Origin: Octopus vulgaris
Lineage: Eukaryota
Reading direction: 5' to 3'
Length of the DNA stretch: 64,000 nucleotides
Assembly (NCBI GenBank): GCA_951406725.2
Contig: OX597824.1
Location: 7,564,001-7,628,000, forward strand
Part shown: one piece after another, positions 36,501 to 64,000 of the stretch
How positions within the stretch are numbered: the stretch's first letter is position 1
How the letters are laid out: every line of letters begins with the position of its first letter
Notes under the pieces: model-generated
Seen by the model: the letters and a program-made list of their open reading frames with translations, nothing else
Databases searched by the model: none
Told to the model about the DNA's origin: nothing
Translations under genes and position numbers: made by a program

Positions 36501-36759
36501 ATTATTATATATATAATCGACCTCTTAAAGGACGAAAGGCAAAGGTAACTTCGGTAGAATTTGAATTCAGAGCCATGAAATTCTCAATAAATACTTCACT
36601 GCATTCACTTCGATACTCTATCGATTCTGCCAGATAACGGTCTCTATAGATACAGTGTTGTGTGTATTGTTAGGTGCCTATACATACAAGAATAACTGAG
36701 AGGATATAACAGTTGTTGGATGGTTTGTAGTTGTTATTGCTTAGTTGCTGTTGCTGTTG

Positions 36760-37128
36760 AGCGAAGCGGTCTTCGTCCCAAAGCTCGCAAGATGGGAGAA
36801 GTCCGAAACGTGGTCCTTTGCTATTCGTAAGACTCGCAGAAGAGAAAGCAGGTCAACCCCCGACACCGAGAGCATCGACGGATGGATGAATGCGCATCCA
36901 GGCTCAGCGGTTGCGTAGGAAGTCGGGGACAAGAAACTGGAAGAAAGAGTGAGAGAAAGTTGGAGCTAATGAGTACAACAGCGGTCGCCACCACCCCCGG
37001 CAGGAGCTTCGTGGAGCTTTAGGTGTTTTTCGCTCAATAAACACACACAACGTCCAGTGTGGGAATCGAAACTGCGATCCTCCGACCGCGAGTCCGCTGC
37101 CCTAACCACTGGGCCATTGCGCCTCCAC
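36760..37128 (-). mobile_element. SINE family 2 head with a different 3' part
   Basis: Head matches 54350-54530. Confidence 0.75.
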
Positions 37129-37695
37129 TGCTTAGTTGCTGATCAGCCTGGCTGAATAGATTTATAATCCAAAGCATTCCACTCATGACCATCCCCTTTT
37201 ATACACATTGAGGATTATATTGCCTAGTGTATCCTTCCAATGAGTTTTAGGATCGGTGACTGAGTAAAACAGGGGCTATCAAACAGACAGGTATGCCAAA
37301 CTGGCATCATCTGAAAATATCCGAAACTTTATGTCTAGCTTTTTAATAGATGTAGAAAGAAAACCTTTATCCATCTCTCCACCCACTTTGTCTGGGAGGG
37401 TCATGGGAGGGGAGGCAGAGCCCTCGGGCACCTGTTCCATAGGGTTCTATCAGAAGTAACCATCATTAGACTTTTCGGCTGGATTCTCAAGCCGGACCAA
37501 CAGAAACTATAGATATTATCCGATATCTCGTTCATCGTCCACTCTAAGGTCTAATGTCTACAGGTTGGTGATGATGATGATGATGATGACAACGACGACG
37601 AGGATGATGATGATGATGATGATGACGATGATGATGACGAGGAGGAGGAGGAGGAGGAGGATAACGATGATGGTGATGGTGGTGGTGATGATGAC

Positions 37696-37729
<34 letters not shown>

Positions 37730-38184
37730 GTGATGATGGTGACGATGATGACGATGATGACGATGATGACAATGATGGTGATTTGTCGATAGCATCGGCC
37801 CTAGTACTTGACTGGTATCTTATTTTTCTTACAATGGAGGAAGGAAAAGCAAAGCTAATCCCGGCGGCATTTTAATTCATAAAGGTAACGAACCGGAACG
37901 AATGCCGCAAGGCATTTCATCTGACGCTCCACCGATTCTGCCAGCCTGTCGTCGCGATGCGAAGATAAACACGAAAAGAGACAAAAGGTTAAAACGAAAT
38001 AATCTTTATTACGAGAAGGTAAAATACAGTTAAAGTTTGCTTTAATAAGGATAATAGTTTTCAAAGTTTGACACAACGCCAGGAGGGATAAGTCGATTAC
38101 ATCGACCCCAGTATTCAGCTCGTACTCATTGTATCGATCCCGAAAGAATGAAAAAATAATAATAATGTCCTGACTATGGCAAGA

Positions 38185-38925
38185 AAAGCCATTGCATGAG
38201 CAATACTCCAAACAAGCTGAGAAAGCTGATGTAGATATGGGAAGAACCCATCAGTGGCTGCAGAGCACTGGTTTGGAAAGTGAAACAGGATTTATCCTAG
38301 CGGCACAATATTAGAGTCTCCTCACACGGAACTATTAAGCTAATGTCACGCACAATGGGGCAGGCACAAAGTGTAGATTCTGCGATGACAGAATTGAGAG
38401 CACTGGCCACATTGTTGCCGGTAGCTCAGTTCTCACCTTTAAAGAATATAAAACCATGGATGATCGAGTTGGTCAATATTTGTACTGGAGCATATGTTGT
38501 CACTATGATATCCCGCACCCTAAGAACTTGTATGAACACCATCCAGAGTCAGTCACTGAGAGAGAGAATGTTACCATCTGTGAAATTATGGGATGCATAG
38601 ACAGGCAAACAAGTGATAACAGGCCAGACATCATCATCAAAGACCTAAGACAAAAAACATGCCTGTTAATGTAATGATGGTGCCTACTGATAGAAATATC
38701 TGAAGAATTTCAAAGATTATCGAAATACAAAGACCTTGAAATTGAGATATCTAGGACGTGGCTATTAAAGATCACAACCATCCCTGTTGTTGTGGGTTAC
38801 CTAGAAATGATCAAGAAAGCTACCGACAAAATTTTTACCTGATACCAGGGAAACCAACAATCTACGAGATTAAAAAATATGTTGAGATCGATCGCTCACC
38901 TCCTCAGGACGTTTCTCTCCTTTTA
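38185..38925 (+). mobile_element. R4/Dong-like remnant
   Basis: THQWLQSTGLESE...KCRFCD...DRVGQYLYW...NRPDIIIKD...LSKYKDLEIEI. Confidence 0.8.
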
Positions 38926-40025
38926 ATAAATACGCGCCTTAGGTTTCTGGTTGAAACCCGACCAGAAAATGAAATATAATTGAAATCATATGAATTATAA
39001 TAATATGGATTAGTAAGGATAAGGAAAGGAAGAACACAATATAACCACAGATATGGTCCGCCATCACAGACCAAGAGATCATGGACACACTGAGGAGTGT
39101 ATCACCCACATAAACTCCAGGGATAGACAAGGTCCCCAACTTCTGGTTGAAACACCTCACCAGTACATAGAACCATTTAGCGGCAGCGTTCAATTTATTG
39201 ATAAGTGAGCCAGTGTATATATGTGTACACTCACATACAATTATACGCCTCTATGTATGCAAGAATTTATATATGTAAAAATTAGATACAAATGAGTGTG
39301 TATATATGGGAATGCATGTAACATACATGAGTGTTATATGTTTATGTAGGTGTTGATGTGTGTAAATGTCTATACACATGTTTAATATATGCTTGTGTAT
39401 ACATCTTCACATATATATATTCTTCTATTAATAAGCACTGACCTGTCCCCTAAGCAACCTAATCTATATTCCCAAATTCTTTATTCCACCATTTACTACC
39501 CTTACCCCCTTTCTCTGCCCTTCACTACATACATCACTATGTACCCCACACTCCTTTACTCTTTACCCTCTCATCTCTTTACACTCTCATATCTTTCTCT
39601 CTCTCTCTCACCCTCACCTCCTCATTCCTTCTATCAATTTATCCTGACTGACCATTAGCAAGTACACTTTCCCTCTCTTCATTTCTTTATTACCTCTCTC
39701 CTCGCTCTTCCTTTTTCTCTCTTTTTTCCTCTCTTCCTGTTGTTGATTTGACCTTACAAACACATTCCCAACTTTTAAGTCACTTCAAAAAACCCCTCGG
39801 TCCAATTACACGGTCTACAAACTCTGTGCTTGGAATGACCAATTTTAAATACTATTGGAACTTAGACACAAGGTACAGGAAACTTTTATGTATACAATTC
39901 TGCTTAAATAATGGAACTGCAGATACAATATCCTTACATATCTCACATCTGTTTTCATTCCTTCATTTCACTCTCTATTTCATATCTTATCTAGAATAAC
40001 TATTGCTTAACCATCTTCTCGCACC

Positions 40026-40073
40026 GTCTCCGATGAAGGCATATATAAAATATCCCGGAAACAGCTGTAAGAC
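40026..40073 (+). ncRNA. Type-I hammerhead motif
   Basis: gtct-CCGATGA-stem II-GAAA-cagctg-TA-agac. Confidence 0.65.
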
Positions 40074-40111
40074 CTCTTTATAAATGTTCTGAAATCTTTC
40101 ACAGCCTTGGA

Positions 40112-40298
<187 letters not shown>

Positions 40299-40500
40299 GT
40301 GCATATTTTTCCGATGTTAACAATTAACACGGAAAAAATAGTTACCAGGGTAGCAAAAACTCTCACAAGTAAAATGGGTGAAACTCCTTGTTTTTAAAGG
40401 TAGAAACTTCAGGTTTACATGAAATATTTTGCATAATAAATAAATAAATAAATAAATAAATAAATGGAATTAAACGCAAGTGTTATTCAAATTCTTTTAC

Positions 40501-40585
40501 TTCCGACATATGTTTCGAAGATATCACTGGTATTATTCCAAAGTAATAAGATGATGTAAAACAATGTAATCTTCTCTTCAGGGAA
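40501..40585 (-). ncRNA. Type-I hammerhead motif with long loop II
   Basis: ttcc-CTGAAGA-gaagat(46 nt)atcttc-GAAA-catatg-TC-ggaa. Confidence 0.75.
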
Positions 40586-40632
40586 ATGAAGAAATGAAAC
40601 TTGTTAATATGACATTTTAACAGAATATGATG

Positions 40633-40735
<103 letters not shown>

Positions 40736-40901
40736 TAACTGAACGCTATTAAGTTTGTTTAAAAAAAATTTAGAGGATCTAATGTCAAAGGTAGCCTATA
40801 GAAAGAAGAGCAAAGGAAAGAAAAAAACAAATAAACGAGAAGTATATCACGATATGTAAATTAAATAAAACCCTAAAGTCTTGGGAAAAGATGTAGCTAG
40901 T

Positions 40902-41069
40902 GAATGTGAAATGTAAGAAGAAAATTAATGTTTGAATTATATATAATGATAGATATCATTATATATAATTTAAACTTGAATTTTCTTAAATTAATGTTTA
41001 AATTATATATAATGATAGAAATCATTATATATAATTTAAACTTTAATTTTCTTCTTACGTTTCACATTC
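40902..41069. repeat. AT-rich nested palindrome
   Basis: GAATGTGAAATGTAAGAAGAAAATT...AATTTTCTTCTTACGTTTCACATTC enclosing two ATATAATGATAGA(T/A)ATCATTATAT hairpins. Confidence 0.85.
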
Positions 41070-41495
41070 TGTAGATAGCCTTGTGAATAATCTTTGGAAG
41101 TATGCCTCAAGGGCAAGTAGTATTTTGTAGACATTTTGGGGCAGCTGCTGATCATGTGGGTGATATCTTCCACACTGGTATAGCAGACCATGCTGGACGA
41201 ACTGGATTTCAGGGGTTCGGCTGTCGGCCTGAAGATCAGGCGTACGAAATCCAAGTATATACGGTCTGAGGGCGTAGCGATCGGTCACCTAAGAGTCGGA
41301 GGCGATGAAGTAGAAGAGGCGAACAGCTATGTGTTTCTCGGTCAAGAAGCGGCCATGAGGCGAGAGATGAAGAATGAGATCTTGTGAAGTGTAAGAGCAG
41401 GACGGAGAGCATTTAACTTGGTGACGGATGTGCATAAGGTGAACCCAGACAAAGCAGCTCGCACTAATCTCTTCAACTGCACAGTCTTGCCGGCG
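41070..41495 (-). repeat. Inverted copy of 33650-34060 including the RTE/REL junction
   Basis: ORFs 41190-41387 and 41036-41254 mirror 33726-33941 and 33877-34095. Confidence 0.88.
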
Positions 41496-41850
41496 GATTG
41501 CATTTTGCTGACGTAATTGTTCTAACCGTTTTCCCCTTGCTTCTTGTGACTCATTGACCCTGCGTGCAGCAGCTCTCCTTCGGTCGCTTTCATGACTTTG
41601 CTGTCGTTGTGCACGGGACTCTGGTGACCTTACTCTGGTTAACTGAACTCGTCTCTGCTTCACTGTGGAATACTGACCATCTACTTCTACCCCGTCTCCT
41701 CTTGTAGAGAGTGAGAACATTTTTCTTGTGAACATTTTTTGAATGTTAAATTGGGGATTACATTTTTAAAATGAGTGAAAATTACTCTGAATATCTTCAC
41801 AAGAGTGATTGAAATAAATGGCAATTGTGGAACGCTGTACGCATGCGCCC

Positions 41851-41886
<36 letters not shown>

Positions 41887-42015
41887 ACACACACATACAG
41901 TATCAAACATCAGCATCTCTTTCTCTCCCGTTTCCCCCTCTCTTTGTACCGGCTTTCTTTCACCTTCACCTATAGAACATGCAGTATCAAACATTAGCGT
42001 CTCTCTCCCCACTCT

Positions 42016-42058
<43 letters not shown>

Positions 42059-43189
42059 GCTATCCCTCTCTCTTACAACTTCTATAGAAACTTGTTTCTC
42101 TCTCTCTCTCTCTTTCGCCGTGCATGGCTCTCCAGTGACCTTACTCTAGTTACCTGTACTCGTGTTTGCTTCACTGTAGAACACTGACCTTCTACTTCTA
42201 CCCCGTCTCCCCTTGTTAGAGAATGAGAACCTTTTTCTTTGAACTTTTCTCATTGTGAACTTTTCTCTCTTTCTTCTTCTTCTCATTCTGTGTTTCTGTC
42301 GCTCACACATTCTCTCTCACCCTCTGCTGTAGTTCCACTCTTTTAGTCTATGTCTGTCTCTTTCACTCTCTCACTCTCTCACTCTCTCTGTTTCTAACTC
42401 ACACACTTACACTATTTACATTGCTCCCTCTATTGGAAAACGGAGAAGTAAAGCCATTTCCTCACTTTGCTTCTCTCTTTCTTTCTCTCCCCTCGCCCAT
42501 TCTCAATGGCATTATGCATAGACATACAAATTCAGACATTTGCTAATCTTAATAATAATAAAACTCTAGCGATGTTTGTCTGCACTAGAAATATCTCAGA
42601 AATAGTATATTTTATTTTAATTTTGTTTGGCATGTTTATTTTCATAGTTACCGTCGGCAGTGCAGTAAAAAATTTTTTATGACATTTGGGCCTGTATCTA
42701 TTAAGGAAAATGAATAAACACAATTTTTGTTTGTTACTTCTTGCTGAAAAAAAATGGCTTCTGTGACGTTAACACACATACAGAATAAACACACATATAA
42801 TGAATGTCATGGCGTGTCAATCAACACAATAAACACACGCCTACTATCTGTGACATATATACACACATAATCTTCGTTCTCTCTTACAAAAGAAATCGTC
42901 GACTTTAGGACGTACACAATATTTTTAACTGAATGTGATTTCAAAAATGTAAGTTGTTTGTACAGTAAGTATTTATATTTTAGTTTTCTTTAAACAGAAA
43001 ATATTTTAATGTTTTTTTAAAATTATTTTCAAGTGGATGGCGATCTATCGCTTATCATCTGGAATTCGTAAATTTCCGTAAAAATTTTATTTATTTACTT
43101 TTGTTTTAAAGTGACAGAGGGGAGAAAGTAAAAGAGATGAAAAAGATGAAAGAGGCAGTGGTACACAAAGTGATAAAGGAGGAAATGTA

Positions 43190-44560
43190 CATTTGGTGCG
43201 ATGTAGTCAAGAGGGACAGTGCCTGAGATGGGAGGAATATGTAGTCAGTCGCAGAATCTCATGGAAGGAACTTTGAGCTTGGGAACAAGCAAGAACATCC
43301 TTCCTTATTAAGTCTACCTTCGACGTTTTGCCCCCACCGGCGAATTTAGTCCGGTGGAACATACAAACAACTGATGAATGTAGATGTGGAGAGAAAGCGA
43401 TGGTGAGACATGTTCTGTCAAACTGCAGGCTAGCACTAGACAGACACACATGGCGTCATAAGCGCAGCACCCAAGGAGAAGATCGAGGGAGAAAATAGGG
43501 GAGTGTACCCAAAAGTGGAAAAATGCGGAAAAATATACTTCAAGAAGGAGGGAAATATACTTCAAGAAAGGGGGAAAAATAAGATATACGTGACAGACGA
43601 AAGATGGAAGGGATACTGGGAGCTGGCGACGGATTTGGAAAAACTTAATATTTCCACTCATAAAAACGACAAAAAGACCGGACTTAATCCTATGGAACAC
43701 AGAACGGAGAATTGGAATTTTGCTGGAGCTGACAGTGCCATGGGGGGTGAACATCGCTAATGCAGAGCAACGGAAGGAGAAGAGGTACGAAAAATTAATC
43801 GAAGAGTGCAGAGAATAGGGATGGACTGTCGAGTATTACCACCTGGCAGTGGGGGCTAGGGGCTTCATTGAAAGGAGAATGGCGACGTTATTTAAAAGGT
43901 TTGCATTTTCGACCTCAGAGCTGAGAAAAGTAATAAGGAGGATACTGGAGGCAGTCGAAAAAGCCAGCTTCTATATATGGCTGAAGCGAAAAGACCAAAA
44001 AATAACTTGAAAGATATAACATGCTGACTGGGAAGTAGCATTGCTAGGTGAGACTGGCTGACACTTAAGCATCATCGCTGATTGACAGGTGGCGGTCTCG
44101 TTCACTGCGGTCATCTTCCTGGTTCGAAGGCTTGAACCACCGAACAGCTGGTCGGCTCTGGCTGCAGGAACTGAAACTAACTGGACACTGTTGGAAGGCA
44201 GGTTTATAGAGGGCGCGGGCTAAGATTACACGCACTTCTCCTCCATTGGTCAGTTGAACTTTAGACAGTGTCACGTGACAACTAGGTGGTGCTGGGTGCT
44301 GGAGCCTACCATGACCCGATGGTCAGTCGCCCGCTGACACTCGTTGACGCTGCATCAAAGGGGCCAGGGAACAGAGGGAAAAAAAGGAGAAAGAAGAAAT
44401 GCACTCAACACAAGAGCTAAAGACACCTCCGAATGGGGCGAGGGGCTGCCATATCGAAAACGGTTGAGGATTAGGGGCCGAAACCAGAAGTGGTTCCTCC
44501 TGATGATGTCATTAGCCACTGGATCCTATAAAGGAGCTGTTGAGGTAGCGAACCACGAAA
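43190..44560 (+). mobile_element. HERO-like (R2 group) non-LTR retrotransposon 3' remnant
   Basis: SFLIKSTFDVLPPPANLVRW...CRCGE...HVLSNC...TWRH; KRPDLILWN...LELTVPW; AVGARGF; EKASFYIWLKR. Confidence 0.78.
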
Positions 44561-44611
44561 CGTGGTTGGAATTTCTGTATTTACGAGTATATGAAATAGA
44601 CGTGTGCGTAT

Positions 44612-44651
<40 letters not shown>

Positions 44652-44788
44652 GAAAAAGAGAGAGAAAGATAGAGAGAGTGAGTGAAGAAGTGTGTTGTCA
44701 TGTATACGTGCATACATCAATACATATGCGTACATCGTTTTTGTATGTACGTATGCACATGTGTGTGTGTGCGTGTGTGTGTGTGTGT

Positions 44789-44833
<45 letters not shown>

Positions 44834-44874
44834 AGTGAACGTGTGTGTTCCCATATAGGTGTAAGTGGCACACA

Positions 44875-44925
<51 letters not shown>

Positions 44926-45431
44926 GTGTATTTCATATAAACATTAATACATCTTTCACTTTTTCACTTTTTCTTTTTTACTTTAAAAGAACAGTAAATA
45001 AATTTTTTTAAAAATTCCGGAAAGTAACGAACAAAACCAGCTGATCCGGACGACAGTTCTAAGAGTCAAAGCAAGTGATCGCCCCAAGGGAATACCATTA
45101 CCAAAACATTTTCTCAGTTCCAAAGATTTGGCTGCTATTTCTAGCACGCCCTGCTACCACGTAACAGCTATTTGCGATAAAGGACCCAAAATACAAGTTA
45201 CGATGTAGCAGGGCGTGCAAGAAATAGCAGCCAAATATTTCCTTTCGTAATTTCGCCGTCACATTCGTTGAAAGCATGCAAAATAACTGGGAAAAGACAA
45301 ATAAATAAATAAATAAATAAATAAAAAAAACCCACGAAATAAAACTCCGTTGCTAGGAAACTCAGACTTTCCAGGTGACCCAACGGGTCACGGGTATTCT
45401 AGCATCTATATAGATACACACACACACACAC

Positions 45432-45495
<64 letters not shown>

Positions 45496-45548
45496 GTATA
45501 TGTGTGTATAAATATATATATATGTATATGTATATGTATATGTATATA

Positions 45549-45634
<86 letters not shown>

Positions 45635-45712
45635 ATATATATATATATATATATATGCTAGAATACCCTTGGAATGTATGCATGAGCGTACGTATATATG
45701 TATGTATGTATG

Positions 45713-45746
<34 letters not shown>

Positions 45747-46236
45747 TGTATGTGTGTATGTATGTATGTATGTATGTATGTATGTATTTATGTATGTATG
45801 TATGTATGTATGTATGTATGTATGTGTGTGTATGTGTGTGTAGTGATGGTACTGGATTGAAAACAAAAGTATAAATATACATAAAAAAATTTTTTTTATG
45901 ATTTAAATTGCATCTGCTTTTTTTTTTTAACCTTTCAGACAAATAAAAAACTCAACTTCATTCGTAATAGTATTTCTGAACATATATAACCGTTATCGTC
46001 AACTCTCATAAAGATAAGATAGAAGTCTCGTTGATCTAGTTTCCAGCTTTCAGTGACGAGAGTAACCAAATTAGGGCCACTTGTAGTTCTCCCACTCATT
46101 CAGAAGCCGTAGGCCGGGAAAGAAACACTTAAGATCTTTCAAAAACTACATTACATTCTCTCTTCTTTCTTTATTTCTCTCTCTCTCTCTCCCCGTCTTT
46201 CTCTTACACTTTCCTTCCTCTTTCAAACTTGCCAAA

Positions 46237-62680
<16,444 letters not shown>

Positions 62681-63220
62681 GTAAGTTTGCGCAAAGTTCT
62701 GATGTTACATTTATCGATATATACATAGATACGTAGTACATACTCCCATCGCACATATATATGTGTGTGTGCGTGTGTGTTTACGTTGTTTTATGACGGA
62801 GAATGAAAAAGGAATGTGCAATACATGTAGACAATATTGTTTCTTTTTTTCTATTGAAATTCAAACCGAGTTGAGGTCTTATGAGTCAAGTTTCATGCAT
62901 CTGCGATCTTCAGGCAAGAATATTGTCTCTAATACACATACATACACAACATACACACACATATGAATATACATATACATATGCACATATGCATATACAT
63001 ATATATATACATATGTATGTATATGTATATGTATGAATATGTACATATGTACATATATATATGTATATATGAATATGCACACACGCACACACATAATTTT
63101 TATATATAATATATATATACATAATACATACATACACACACATATATATATATGTGTGTGTGTATGTATATATATATATGTACATACATACACACACATA
63201 TATATGTGTATATATGTATG

Positions 63221-63251
<31 letters not shown>

Positions 63252-63262
63252 ATACATATACA

Positions 63263-63302
<40 letters not shown>

Positions 63303-63626
63303 CAATTTAAGTTGCATTCTCTCGCATTCGATGCTATGTGTTTATTTATTTTGGTAGTTTTGACTTTAAGAGTCCCTCCTAGCGTGTGGCACACTTAATC
63401 ACTGTGGAAACTGTATCGAGGAAGAAAGTATCATTATAGTCAATGTGCGTGAAAATATACAAGGTTAGACTATGAATAAACTTTTTAGGATACATGCTTA
63501 TGCATCGCTACACTTCATAAGTTACAGACACTGGATCCATAGGTCATTGACCATCATCACTGATAAGTGCGTTGCTAGTTAATCAATTCCAGCTTTACAA
63601 AGCTTACAACAGCAAATTTATTACAT

Positions 63627-63671
63627 CTATAGCTGATGATGTGCAACAACGCAGAAACGCATATCCTACAG
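63627..63671 (+). ncRNA. Degenerate hammerhead motif
   Basis: ctatag-CTGATGA-tgtgc(aacaac)gca-GAAA-cgcata-TC-ctacag. Confidence 0.5.
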
Positions 63672-64000
63672 TCCAATAACTCTAAGAGCTAGAAGGCTAG
63701 ATTTCAATTGTTAATTGTGAAATAAAACACATATATCTAACTTCCGATAAAGTTATCATGTAAATGATGGATCTCCGCTACTTTCCACGATGAGAGTTCA
63801 TTTATTCGATCAACTGAACTGCTTGATCGCTGATTGAGTGTGCGAAGTGTTTCACTATTTCGCAGTCACATGGTTATGTGGAACAACCAAAAGATCATCA
63901 AGAGATCGACCAAGTGTAATGTTATGCCGATTGTAATAATATCTGGAGAAACAACCATATGTCAAAGGAAATCACAGAGAGAATTAATATAAACCTGAGT

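Noticed and set aside
44478-44510. GAAA-cca(gaag)tgg-TT...CTGATGA in the HERO-like 3' region as a type-II hammerhead
   Set aside because: Only 4 nt separate the site from CUGAUGA, so no stem I hairpin can form, and no convincing stem II exists
45362-45942. YI/HT/CV-rich ORFs here and throughout the window
   Set aside because: Translations of (TA)n, (CA)n and (TATG)n microsatellites

Overview
Eukaryotic, AT-rich, microsatellite- and transposon-dense DNA. The SINE families and (TA)n-embedded elements look like an octopod cephalopod (inference). The window holds a cluster of SLC22-family (organic cation/anion, MFS) transporter paralogs in alternating orientation: the last bases of a putative + strand copy (stop at 3-5), a complete 10-exon - strand gene A (31565->8721; 1647 nt, 548 aa, all GT-AG, phases checked by hand), and exons 1-5 of a + strand gene B (46237->62680, runs off the window). 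Inverted duplicated DNA links the copies. Between exons lie tRNA-type SINEs, Penelope-like (PLE), R4/Dong-like, HERO-like, RTE and CR1-like LINE remnants, a mariner relic and Helitron-like elements. The most unusual signal is about a dozen type-I hammerhead ribozyme motifs of several sequence families. Most sit in short (TA)n-flanked or fold-back inserts, most read sense to the host gene, and one lies about 115 nt behind an SLC22 stop codon. Nearly all short ORFs in the supplied track are microsatellite artefacts.
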